From an uncultured Ignavibacteriales bacterium (GTDB lineage: Bacteria > Zixibacteria > MSB-5A5 > GN15 > FEB-12): a stretch of DNA of 64,000 nucleotides. The position numbers and the translations under genes were made by a program. The stretch covers positions 78,160 through 142,159 of the forward strand of contig CAYQDB010000007.1 of the NCBI GenBank assembly GCA_964416195.1. The letters run 5' to 3'. Of this stretch, positions 25,310 to 34,547 are shown one piece after another (the first letter of the stretch is position 1; each line of letters opens with the position of its first letter). The notes under the pieces were generated by a model. That model was given only the letters and a program-made list of their open reading frames with translations, made no database searches and was not told the DNA's origin.

Positions 25310-28300
25310 ATGAAATTCGACACACTAAAAGACAATTTCTCTATCCCTGCTGCCGAGGAAAAAATCCTCAAATTCTGGGAGACGGACAGGGTCTATGACA
25401 AGAGCAAGGAGCTGGCCAAGGACAAGCCACACTTCGTCTTCTACGAAGGCCCCCCCACTGCCAACGGACGACCAGGCATTCACCATGTCATTGCACGTAC
25501 CGTCAAAGACCTGATCTGCCGCTACAAAGCGATGCGTGGCTACCGTGTCGACCGCAAAGCCGGCTGGGATACCCACGGCCTGGCGGTGGAGATCGCCGTG
25601 GAAAAGGAACTCAAACTCGACAACAAAGCCAAAATCGTTGATTACGGGATCGAAAAGTTCAACCAGAAGTGCCGCGATTCGGTCTTCAGGTACCTCAAAG
25701 ACTGGAATGAAATCACGCGCCGTATCGGTTACTGGCTCGACCTTGACGATGCTTACATAACTCTAACCAACGAGTATATTGAGTCGGTCTGGTGGATTTT
25801 AAAAGAGTTCTACGATAAGGGCCTTATCTACAGGGGATACAGAACGGTGCCCTTTTGCCCCCGCTGCGGCACCGGCCTGTCCAGCCATGAAGTGGCGCAG
25901 GGATATGATATCGTCAGAGACCCCTCTATATACGTCAAAGCGAAAGCCACCGATGGCGATTTCTTTTACCTCCTGTGGACAACCACCCCTTGGACTCTCC
26001 CTTCCAATGCCGCCCTGTGCATGAAAGCCGACGCCGACTACGTGATGGTCGAGCACGAGGGGGAAAAACTCGTCCTGGCCGAAGCCCTCATGGGCAGAGT
26101 ATTCGGCGAATACAAAGAAGTAATCGAGCGTTATAAAGGCTCGGATTTCCTGAAGCGGAAATATGTACCTCTTTTTGACACCTTCAAGGATAAGATCGAC
26201 AGTGCCTTCTATGTCATCAATGGTGACTTTGTTACCCTTGAGGACGGCACCGGTATTGTTCACATCGCCCCGGGTTTCGGTGCCGACGACTATGAAATCG
26301 GGCAGGTGTATGGTTTACCCGTTTTGCAGGCAATTGAGGCTAACGGCATATTCAAGGATTTTGCCGGGCCGTATGCCGGTATGTTCATCAAGGATTCCGA
26401 CCCGGTCATCATCAAAGACCTCAAAGCTGCCGGCAAGCTCTTCAAAAAGGAAATATACGAACACAACTACCCCTTCTGCTGGCGTTGCCACTCCCCGCTG
26501 ATCTACATCGCCCGCCAGTCCTGGTACCTAAAAACGACCGACTTTAGGGATCAGCTCATCAAGAACAGCAACGCCATTCATTGGCATCCCGATGAGATCC
26601 GTACCGGCCGCATGCTCGACTGGCTGGAAAACAACGTCGACTGGGCACTCTCACGGGAGCGGTTTTGGGGAACGCCACTGCCGATCTGGATCTGCGACAA
26701 CCCTCAATGCAACAAACAAAAAATGGTTGGCTCAATTGAGCAGTTGCGCCAAGAGGCAATCGATCCACCTGAAGAACTCGATCTACACAAACCGCAAATA
26801 GACGAAATAAAGCTGACCTGCAAATGTGGTAGCACGATGAGCCGGGTGCCGGAGGTAATTGACGTCTGGTTTGACTCCGGCGCCATGCCGTACGCCCAGT
26901 GGCATTACCCGTTTGAAAATAAAGAGGAATTTGAAAGACATTATCCCGGCGATTTCATTTCTGAAGCCGTGGACCAAACCAGGGGATGGTTCTACTCTCT
27001 ACTGGCTATTTCTACCTTGCTTTTTGACAAGCCTCCGTTCAAGAATGTCATCGTTTTTGAGCACATTCTTGATAGGGAGGGAAAAAAGATGTCCAAAAGT
27101 AAGGGGAATGTGGTTGACCCCTTTGTCACTGTCGACAAGTTCGGGGCCGACCCGGTGCGGTGGTACCTTGTCTCAACCTCCAACCCCTGGCTCCCTACGC
27201 GATTTGACCAGGAAGGTCTGGCAGAGGTGGTCCGCAAGTACTTTGATACCCTGCGCAACACCTATTCCTTCTTCGCCATTTACGCCAACATCGACCAGGT
27301 TGCCGAGCGAGCCGAAAAAGACGGACTCTCGATCGAGCAGTACCTGGAAAGCAAGGCAGGTGAACCGGAACGCTTCGACCTCTGGATCAATTCACGCTAT
27401 CACAGCCTGGTCAAGGATGTCACGAAGCATTTCGACAACTATGAAATCACTCCCCCGGTGCGGTCGATTCAGAGCTTCGTCATCAACGAACTGTCGAACT
27501 GGTATGTCCGCAACAACCGTCGACGTTTCTGGGCCAAGGCGGATGATCCGTCCAAGATGCGGGCCTACCTAACGCTGCATCGCATCCTGGCTGGAGTCTG
27601 TCGCCTGACTGCGCCCGTATCGCCCTTTGTATCCGAACTGATATGGACGCAACTAATGGGGGAAAACAGGACCAAGCACGGCCTGCCGCTTTCCGCACAC
27701 ATGACCGAGTATCCCAAGCCGGACGAGACACAAATCGATACCAAACTGGAAGAGAGCATGGGCCTTGTGGAGAAAATTGTCTCACTAGGCCGCGCCGCCC
27801 GATCGAGGAAAAACCTTAAAGTTCGGCAACCGCTTTCTCGTATCCTTATCGGAGTACCGGAGTATATCGACAAGCAGCAGTTGCAAGACTACTTCGATAT
27901 CGTCAAAGAGGAGTTGAATATCAAAGAGGTGGCGTTCAGTCCTAACATTGACCAATATGTAAGCTACTCGGCCCGGTTGAATTTCAAGCTGGCTGGGCCA
28001 AAGCTGGGAGCCAATGTTAAGCCGGCCGCAGCGTATATCAGTAGCCTTGACTCCAAGGCTGTAAAGGAATTCACGGAATCGGGGCAAATATCGTTTGACT
28101 CCAACGGAAGCAGAGTTATCCTCACGGCGGACGAGGTGGAGATCGTAAAGTCCGAGAGAGAAGGCTTTGCCGTCGAAGGCGACGGATCGATTACGATTGC
28201 CATAGCGATCGAGTTGAATGAAGAGCTAACAGGCGAGGGCTTCGCCCGCGAGATCGTCAACAAGATTCAGAATATGCGCAAGAGTTCCGGATTCGAAGTC

Positions 28301-28489
28301 ACCGACCATATCAATGTCAGGATAGGTTCTTCGCAGCGACTAAAGTCAGTGGCCACAAAGTATGACGAGTTCATCCGGCGTGAAACGCTAGCACATAGGA
28401 TCGAGTTAACCGACCGCGAGTCGATCGACGGCGGAAAAGAATGGAATATCAACGGTGAGAAGGCATCTATCGCAGTGGCAAAAGCATAA
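25310..28489 (+). CDS. ileS: Isoleucyl-tRNA synthetase
   Basis: 1059 aa with a HIGH-type PTANGRPGIHHV, KMSKS, and the CP1 editing region. Confidence 0.95.
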   Translation: MKFDTLKDNFSIPAAEEKILKFWETDRVYDKSKELAKDKPHFVFYEGPPTANGRPGIHHVIARTVKDLICRYKAMRGYRVDRKAGWDTHGLAVEIAVEKELKLDNKAKIVDYGIEKFNQKCRDSVFRYLKDWNEITRRIGYWLDLDDAYITLTNEYIESVWWILKEFYDKGLIYRGYRTVPFCPRCGTGLSSHEVAQGYDIVRDPSIYVKAKATDGDFFYLLWTTTPWTLPSNAALCMKADADYVMVEHEGEKLVLAEALMGRVFGEYKEVIERYKGSDFLKRKYVPLFDTFKDKIDSAFYVINGDFVTLEDGTGIVHIAPGFGADDYEIGQVYGLPVLQAIEANGIFKDFAGPYAGMFIKDSDPVIIKDLKAAGKLFKKEIYEHNYPFCWRCHSPLIYIARQSWYLKTTDFRDQLIKNSNAIHWHPDEIRTGRMLDWLENNVDWALSRERFWGTPLPIWICDNPQCNKQKMVGSIEQLRQEAIDPPEELDLHKPQIDEIKLTCKCGSTMSRVPEVIDVWFDSGAMPYAQWHYPFENKEEFERHYPGDFISEAVDQTRGWFYSLLAISTLLFDKPPFKNVIVFEHILDREGKKMSKSKGNVVDPFVTVDKFGADPVRWYLVSTSNPWLPTRFDQEGLAEVVRKYFDTLRNTYSFFAIYANIDQVAERAEKDGLSIEQYLESKAGEPERFDLWINSRYHSLVKDVTKHFDNYEITPPVRSIQSFVINELSNWYVRNNRRRFWAKADDPSKMRAYLTLHRILAGVCRLTAPVSPFVSELIWTQLMGENRTKHGLPLSAHMTEYPKPDETQIDTKLEESMGLVEKIVSLGRAARSRKNLKVRQPLSRILIGVPEYIDKQQLQDYFDIVKEELNIKEVAFSPNIDQYVSYSARLNFKLAGPKLGANVKPAAAYISSLDSKAVKEFTESGQISFDSNGSRVILTADEVEIVKSEREGFAVEGDGSITIAIAIELNEELTGEGFAREIVNKIQNMRKSSGFEVTDHINVRIGSSQRLKSVATKYDEFIRRETLAHRIELTDRESIDGGKEWNINGEKASIAVAKA

Positions 28490-28503
28490 GATCGGAGGAG
28501 ACC

Positions 28504-28887
28504 ATGCGTAAGTCCGATTTGAAGAGGTACGAGAAACTGCTGCTGGCCAAGAAGAAATCCCTGCTGGAAGAGATAACGGCGACAATGAAAGATCGGGTAT
28601 CCACAACCATTAGGGAGTCCACCGGCGACATATCGTCCTATTCTTACCACATGGCGGACCAAGGCACGGATGCCATGGAACGGGAGCTTGCCTTTATGTT
28701 TGCCTCCAAGTCCGGGCGGCTCGTCTACCACATCGACGAGGCTCTACGGCGGATCAAAGGTGGCGAATACGGCAAGTGTATCAAGTGTGGCAAGCCCATC
28801 AGTCCCGCTCGCCTTAAGGCTGTTCCCCACGCCCGTCTGTGCATCGAGTGCAAATCAGCCGAAGAGGGGAGCAAAGCTGGCCGCTAG
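28504..28887 (+). CDS. DksA/TraR-family C4 zinc-finger protein
   Basis: 127 aa with CIKCGKPI...LCIECK. Confidence 0.8.
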   Translation: MRKSDLKRYEKLLLAKKKSLLEEITATMKDRVSTTIRESTGDISSYSYHMADQGTDAMERELAFMFASKSGRLVYHIDEALRRIKGGEYGKCIKCGKPISPARLKAVPHARLCIECKSAEEGSKAGR

Positions 28888-29407
28888 CAAGTGGACAAAG
28901 CTCATCTGGCCGGTAACTATTATCGTGGGAGTGATCGTTGCTGACCAGTTAGTCAAGGTCTGGGCGGTAAACTACCTTGTCGGCAAGCCCTCAGTAGAAG
29001 TTCTGGGGCGCTTTTTCATGCTTACACTCGTGTATAATGAGGGTGGAGCCATGGGAACGAGTCTCGGCTCCTCAGCTTACTACCTAATCTCATCGCTGGC
29101 TATCCTTTTATTTGTCCTATACTACGTCATTGTAAATCGCCATATCGCCCGCATTGCCTACCCCCTGGCATTCACCGCCGGCGGAGCAATCGGTAATATC
29201 ATTGACCGGGTACGGCTGGGTAAAGTAATCGACTTCTTCGACGTAGACTTCTTTGACATCAACGTGCTGGGCTACCACCTGGACCGCTGGTGGACATTCA
29301 ATGTAGCCGATGCTGCTATAAGCTGTTCCATTGTCTTTCTACTTGTCAGTATGCTGACAACCCACTACAGACATCGCAGTCGGCCCCCTAAGCCGACGGC
29401 GCCGTAA
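28877..29407 (+). CDS. lspA: Lipoprotein signal peptidase II
   Basis: ADQLVKVWAV, YNEGGAMG, GGAIGNIIDR and FNVADAAIS. The conserved ileS-lspA synteny supports the call. The start is uncertain: the ORF-track ATG 28670 overlaps the upstream gene by 218 nt, and in-frame options are CTG 28877 or GTG 28922. Confidence 0.8.
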   Translation: MAASKWTKLIWPVTIIVGVIVADQLVKVWAVNYLVGKPSVEVLGRFFMLTLVYNEGGAMGTSLGSSAYYLISSLAILLFVLYYVIVNRHIARIAYPLAFTAGGAIGNIIDRVRLGKVIDFFDVDFFDINVLGYHLDRWWTFNVADAAISCSIVFLLVSMLTTHYRHRSRPPKPTAP

Positions 29408-29621
29408 TTCCCGGTTTCCCTCCCGATCCCAGCCCCAACGCATAACTGACACCTGGCCCCTTGCTATTACCTCGAGTTTGTGTATATATATGGGAAATAC
29501 CCGCCTGGAGCTACAGGAAACAATCCGGTAATGATTGGGTTGTAACTCGAGGCAGCCCGAGGCACTGGAGAAATAGCGGCCGACGAGATAACGAAGTATA
29601 CAAACATAAAGAGGCAAGGAA

Positions 29622-30683
29622 ATGATTACCAAAGAGCAGGTACTGAAAGTTCTAAGCGGGACAGATGATCCCGAACTGAAAAAGCCTTTGACAGAGCTGG
29701 GCATGGTGAAGTTTGTGAATATCGCAGGCGGCGACGTCACGGTCGGCATCTCGTTGACCGTTCCTGAATGTCCCCAAAAACAAAAGATCGTAGACGATAT
29801 CACCGGAGGCGTCAGTGAGATAGCTGAAGTAACATCAGTCAAGGTTGAATTCAGCGCCATGACTGACGAGCAGCGGGAACGCCTTAAAGAGAAGCTTGGC
29901 CACGGCACAAAAGGCTCCCAGCCGAGCCTAAACCTGGAAAATATCGCCCGTCGCTTCATAGCCATCGCCTCCGGTAAAGGGGGAGTCGGCAAATCGACAA
30001 TTACAGCCAACCTTGCCGCTGCTTTGGCTCGACTCGGCCACCGTGTAGGACTGCTTGACGCGGATGTCTACGGTTTCTCTATTCCCCACATGCTGGGTGT
30101 GCACGGCCAACCGACAGCTATCGACAACAAGATAGTCCCGCTGCGTAAGGGCGATAATATCCAGGTGGTCTCAATGGGGTTTTTTGTTGAGGCGAATGAG
30201 CCGGTCATCTGGCGGGGGCCACTGCTCCACAAAGCCATAATGCAATTCCTCACCGATGTCATGTGGGACAACCTCGATTATCTCTTACTTGACCTCCCGC
30301 CTGGAACGGGAGATGTTACAATCACAATCGCCCAGGCAATACCATCCGCCGAACTCCTCGTCGTCACCACACCGCAAGCTGCAGCCACAAACGTAGCCAG
30401 CCGGGTTGCCAAAATGGCAGAGAAAACTAAGCTGAAAGTCATCGGCGTTGTAGAAAATATGGCTTACTACGATAACAACGGCGAGAAAGACTACATCTTC
30501 GGCAAGGATGGCGGCAAGGACCTTGCCAAACAGCTCGGTGTCCCACTGGTAGGTGAGATCCCACTTATGACATCGCTGCGTGAGGGCTCCGACACCGGTA
30601 AACCGGTATCAACTGATGGCACCGCCGAACAGGTTGCCCTCTTCGAAACTATGGCCCGCTACATCGAAGAGACAGGTCTATGA
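29622..30683 (+). CDS. apbC: Fe-S cluster carrier ATPase Mrp/ApbC/NBP35 with an N-terminal DUF59
   Basis: DUF59-like N-terminus, deviant Walker A ASGKGGVGKST, and the ENMAYY motif. Confidence 0.9.
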   Translation: MITKEQVLKVLSGTDDPELKKPLTELGMVKFVNIAGGDVTVGISLTVPECPQKQKIVDDITGGVSEIAEVTSVKVEFSAMTDEQRERLKEKLGHGTKGSQPSLNLENIARRFIAIASGKGGVGKSTITANLAAALARLGHRVGLLDADVYGFSIPHMLGVHGQPTAIDNKIVPLRKGDNIQVVSMGFFVEANEPVIWRGPLLHKAIMQFLTDVMWDNLDYLLLDLPPGTGDVTITIAQAIPSAELLVVTTPQAAATNVASRVAKMAEKTKLKVIGVVENMAYYDNNGEKDYIFGKDGGKDLAKQLGVPLVGEIPLMTSLREGSDTGKPVSTDGTAEQVALFETMARYIEETGL

Positions 30684-30755
30684 TAACCCTTTGAGACAAA
30701 CAATCTTCGTTATCAGTCACTTGTCAAGGGCACCAAAGTCGTAGTTACTAAGTCG

Positions 30756-31000
30756 TGTGGACACCTACATCCTCTTTGCCTAATCCCTCTCTGCCTAATC
30801 AGTTGAAGAATTAAGTAAATTAATACACGCAATGCCTTGACTGGAAGGCTCACACTTTCTATTTAGGCTTGTGAAACCTCTTGAGTATCATTGTGTTAAT
30901 AATGTGTGGAAAACTATCTTGGGGCTTTTAGCAATCGATTGTCCCAACTTACGTTACCTTTCGGGAAATAAGTCACAATTGTTGATATTTGTGTGGATAA
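30756..31000. other. oriC part 1: DnaA-box cluster upstream of dnaA
   Basis: All boxes are in the same orientation: TGTGGATAA at 30992-31000 (9/9 against the complement of TTATCCACA), TGTGGAAAA at 30905-13 (8/9) and TGTGGACAC at 30756-64 (7/9). An AT-rich patch lies at 30807-30830. Confidence 0.7.
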
Positions 31001-31090
31001 GATTCTGTTAAATAATCCATTATCTGTTGAAGGATTCAGAGACCGCAATAACCTTCGCAATAAAACCGTTTATCACGAGGGGGTACGCCA

Positions 31091-32467
31091 TTGATAGCGC
31101 AGGAGAATATTGGAAGCTCACGGGAGTGGAAAGACTGCCTTCAGTACATAGCCTGTCGCCTGAATGAGCAGTCGTTTAGCACGTGGTTTAAGCCTACTAA
31201 GGGTCAACCAAACGGGCAGGGTGAATTTAAGATTGGAGTCCCTAACCAGTTTGTAGCTGACTGGATACGGACTCATTTCAGCGAACTGATTGAGGAGGCG
31301 TTTAGAGAGGCCCTGGGGCAGCAATTCAAGGTAACCTACGTCACATCTGGTAATGACGGCCGGGAAGCTCAGGAGTTGCTGGATCTCCACAGGAGTACCA
31401 AAACAGAGAGCCAACCTACCCCATCCGGCCGCCCTCTTCCAAGCTACTGTAATCTTAACCCGAAGTACGACTTTGACTCACTGGTTGTTGGGGATTTCAA
31501 CCAGTTTGTCTGTGCAGCCTCGATGGCCGTCGCAGAAGGCCCCGGCTTGACCAAATATAACCCGCTATACATTTATGGTGGCACGGGGCTTGGCAAAACT
31601 CATATTATACAGGCGATAGGCAACCGTATCCTCGCAACATTCCCATCCAAACGAGTCATATATGCGACTTCTGAGAAGTTTACCTCTGACTTCATAGCAG
31701 CCATATCTAATCGCTCGGTATCAAACTTCACCCGCGCCTACCGTGATGTGGATGTGTTAATGATCGACGATATCCAGTTCTTTGCCGGCAAGGAATCGAC
31801 ACAAGAACAATTTTTCCATACTTTCAATACTCTACACCATCTCGGAAAACAAATTGTTCTTACCTCCGACCGACCATCCAAGGAGATTCGCGGTCTTGAG
31901 GCTCGCCTTCTATCCCGCTTTTCATGGGGCCTTGTAACTGACCTGCAAGCGCCCGACCTTGAAAACCGCACAGCAATACTTTACAAGAAACTTGAATCGG
32001 AAGGAACAACACTCCCAAAGGACGTTGTCCGCTTTATTGCAGATAAGATATCGACCAATATACGGGAACTCGAGGGTGCCCTCATTCGCCTGCTTGCCTA
32101 CGCCTCACTCAAAAACGTACCCGCGGACCTAGAGCTAGCACAGAGAGTCCTAACTGATAACATTGGCTCTCAAAAGAGGGAGATTACAATAGAAGCAATT
32201 CAGACGAAAAGCTCTGAGTTCTTCCATATTGATCCGGAAATGATGAAGGCAAAAAAGAAGACCTCAGATATCGTACTTGCAAGGCAGGTAGCTATGTACC
32301 TCTCACGTTCACTTACGGATAGCTCACTTAAGGCTATCGGTACCGCTTTTGGTGGCAGGGATCACTCTACTGTCATCCATGCGTGTGACCTAGTCGCTAA
32401 GAAGATGTCCGCTAATCCGGCTTTCAGAGAAAAAATTGACAAGCTGTCAGCCTTGTTGCTCTACTAA
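31091..32467 (+). CDS. dnaA: Chromosomal replication initiator DnaA
   Basis: TTG start, Walker A GGTGLGKTH, Walker B VLMIDDIQF, and the C-terminal DNA-binding signature AFGGRDHSTVIHA. Confidence 0.95.
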   Translation: MIAQENIGSSREWKDCLQYIACRLNEQSFSTWFKPTKGQPNGQGEFKIGVPNQFVADWIRTHFSELIEEAFREALGQQFKVTYVTSGNDGREAQELLDLHRSTKTESQPTPSGRPLPSYCNLNPKYDFDSLVVGDFNQFVCAASMAVAEGPGLTKYNPLYIYGGTGLGKTHIIQAIGNRILATFPSKRVIYATSEKFTSDFIAAISNRSVSNFTRAYRDVDVLMIDDIQFFAGKESTQEQFFHTFNTLHHLGKQIVLTSDRPSKEIRGLEARLLSRFSWGLVTDLQAPDLENRTAILYKKLESEGTTLPKDVVRFIADKISTNIRELEGALIRLLAYASLKNVPADLELAQRVLTDNIGSQKREITIEAIQTKSSEFFHIDPEMMKAKKKTSDIVLARQVAMYLSRSLTDSSLKAIGTAFGGRDHSTVIHACDLVAKKMSANPAFREKIDKLSALLLY

Positions 32468-32747
32468 TAGTTTGTGGGTAAATAAAGTGGAAAAGTTGCG
32501 GGCAAATAATCACTCTAGCTCCTATGACTGTAACTGCCGAACTATGAACACTTGCTCCACTCCGCTGTGTATAGGAGGACAAAAGACACCGATATTAAAT
32601 TGTTGCCACCTATAGCATAAAAGCACGATATTATGTTAGTATTTAGATTGTCAACATTTGAAGAATACATATTACTAATACTATATAGATAGATACAAAG
32701 AGTAATTATATGTTTCTGTGGAGAACATTCATCAGAGGAAATAATCA
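32468..32747. other. oriC part 2: dnaA-dnaN intergenic region with DnaA boxes and an AT-rich unwinding candidate
   Basis: TGTGGGTAA at 32473-81 (8/9), GTGGAAAA at 32487-94, and TGTGGAGAA at 32717-25 (8/9). A strongly AT-rich stretch runs ~32590-32710. Confidence 0.6.
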
Positions 32748-33860
32748 ATGAAATTTTCATTACCTAAATCGCGACTCAGTGGTTACCTGCAGTATATACT
32801 ACAGGTGGTACCCGCTAAGTCAACACTGCCTATTCTGACAAACCTCTTAATTGAGGCTTTGGAAAATAGGATTAAGCTATCAGCTACTGATCTTGATATT
32901 TCTATTTCTACGTCGCTTGAGTGCGCTGTTGCTAAGAAGGGTTCTATATGTATGCCTGCTCGGATACTCTTTGAGATCATAAAGGAACTTCCGGAAACGG
33001 AGATTGCTTTTGAGACGACAGCCTCGCGTGTGGAAATAAAAATACCAAACGGTTCTTATAAAATCGCCGGTATATCTGCAGAGGACTTTCCCAAACTCCC
33101 GGCCGTTAATACTAAGAAGGAGATTAGAATTAGTGGTGGGGACCTAACCGGGATGATAAAGAAAACAACCTTTGCCTGTTCCGACGATGAGACCCGACCG
33201 GCATTAAATGGCATCCTTTGGCAAACCAAGGGTGACAAAATGCAGATGGTTGCCACCGATGGACACCGATTAGCTAAGTTTGCAGTTGAGAACCCAAAAC
33301 TCAAGGGCTTATACGATGACGTTATTATTCCCCCAAAGGTGCTTGATATTATACCACGGCTGCTGTCGCATGAGGGAGACGAGGTGGGAATCATTTTTGG
33401 TGAAAATAATATAATCTTCAACTTAGGTGATATTATTCTAAGTTCACGCCTAATAGAAGGACCGTATCCTAATTTTGAGCAGGTAATCCCAACATCTAGT
33501 GATAAGAAACTTACAGTGTCAAAGACGGAGCTTGCAAGTGCGGTACGACGCGTCTCAATACTGTCAAATGCCCTTACCCACCAGGTGAAGTTTGGTCTCC
33601 AAGAGAACCAACTAACACTGTCGACCGCAAATGCTGACATGGGTGGGGAAGGAAAAGAGGTGCTGGAATGTGACTATGTCGGTGAGCCGATTGAGCTGGG
33701 GTACAATGCGAGTTACATTACCGATGTGCTCGGAAGAATCGATGGGGATGAGGCGGTATTTGAATTTTCCTCACCTGTCGCTGCGGCTATTGTCTATAGC
33801 CCCGAGACCCCCAAGGAAGATTTCCTCTGTCTGGTGATGCCACTGCGGCTGGCTGACTGA
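32748..33860 (+). CDS. dnaN: DNA polymerase III beta sliding clamp
   Basis: 370 aa with the three-domain clamp layout and typical motifs (LPILTNLLIEA, ATDGHRLA, MPLRL). Confidence 0.95.
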   Translation: MKFSLPKSRLSGYLQYILQVVPAKSTLPILTNLLIEALENRIKLSATDLDISISTSLECAVAKKGSICMPARILFEIIKELPETEIAFETTASRVEIKIPNGSYKIAGISAEDFPKLPAVNTKKEIRISGGDLTGMIKKTTFACSDDETRPALNGILWQTKGDKMQMVATDGHRLAKFAVENPKLKGLYDDVIIPPKVLDIIPRLLSHEGDEVGIIFGENNIIFNLGDIILSSRLIEGPYPNFEQVIPTSSDKKLTVSKTELASAVRRVSILSNALTHQVKFGLQENQLTLSTANADMGGEGKEVLECDYVGEPIELGYNASYITDVLGRIDGDEAVFEFSSPVAAAIVYSPETPKEDFLCLVMPLRLAD

Positions 33861-33957
33861 TGATTTTTGCACCCCATTAAGTTATTGTTGTGCCTATACT
33901 TACTTTTGTAAACAAAACAGAGAACTGGTTTAGCTCCTACAGATCGCAGATAAGTGA

Positions 33958-34035
33958 TTGACATTATTGCCTTATAAGTTATTATTAGAGTGAGGGTTAT
34001 TTTTGTTGACATAATAAGGGTGTTTCTCGTAGTAA
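33958..34035 (+). promoter_or_regulatory. Candidate tandem promoters for the three-gene cassette
   Basis: TTGACA 33958-63, 16 nt, TATTAT 33980-85. Then TTGACA 34006-11, 18 nt, TAGTAA 34030-35. A third TTGACA sits at 34042-47. The spacer is AT-rich. Confidence 0.4.
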
Positions 34036-34076
34036 GTTTTATTGACAAAAGTAACGACTTAGTAAGGGAGAGTTAA

Positions 34077-34541
34077 GTGGAGGTGAGTATGGATCCTTTG
34101 GATCTACAGAAGGATGCTCATTTGTTCAGGCTTGGCTATTTGACTGCGAAAATTGTACCAATTTTTGACAGGCCAAGCTTGAGTGAGTCTAATAGGAGGC
34201 TACTACAGAGCGCGAAAAAGCTGCTGACAGACATTAAGGGCGGTCGGGAGTTTATTGTGAGTTTTAGCTCGAATTTCGAGGCTGACACGCTGAGCAAAGT
34301 TGAAATCTACTCATTCTTCGTGGAGAACATCAAAGAACTCGTGGGAAATGGGGACCTGGACAAGTTTATTGAGACAGTCGATCAGAGTGAGGAATTCCTA
34401 GGTAGCCTTCTTGAGGGTAAGGAACTAGAAAACAAACAGCTAGGGGTTCTGAAAAAGACATTCTCACAAATGTCGAAAGTCCTAGTTGAGACGGCTAGGA
34501 TAGCTGATGCCCATGTGGAGAAAAGGGTCTGGATCGAGTGA
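34077..34541 (+). CDS. Hypothetical protein (154 aa, acidic, helical), first gene of the dnaN-recF insert
   Basis: ORF with GGAG-type sequences upstream; the start is GTG 34077 or ATG 34089. No recognisable motif. It is packed 6 nt from the next ORF. Confidence 0.5.
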   Translation: MEVSMDPLDLQKDAHLFRLGYLTAKIVPIFDRPSLSESNRRLLQSAKKLLTDIKGGREFIVSFSSNFEADTLSKVEIYSFFVENIKELVGNGDLDKFIETVDQSEEFLGSLLEGKELENKQLGVLKKTFSQMSKVLVETARIADAHVEKRVWIE

Positions 34542-34547
34542 CGCTCC

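Noticed and set aside
28670-28876. Long lspA reading frame starting at ATG 28670.
   Set aside because: It would overlap the DksA/TraR gene by 218 nt in another frame, and the extra residues are Ser/Pro/Ala-rich shadow sequence. The LspA first TM begins near 28890.
29339-30010. 223-aa minus-strand ORF that overlaps the lspA 3' end, spans the lspA-apbC spacer and overlaps the 5' part of apbC.
   Set aside because: It is antisense to the strongly supported lspA and Mrp/ApbC genes, has low-complexity Ser/Pro-rich composition, and has no RBS or motif.
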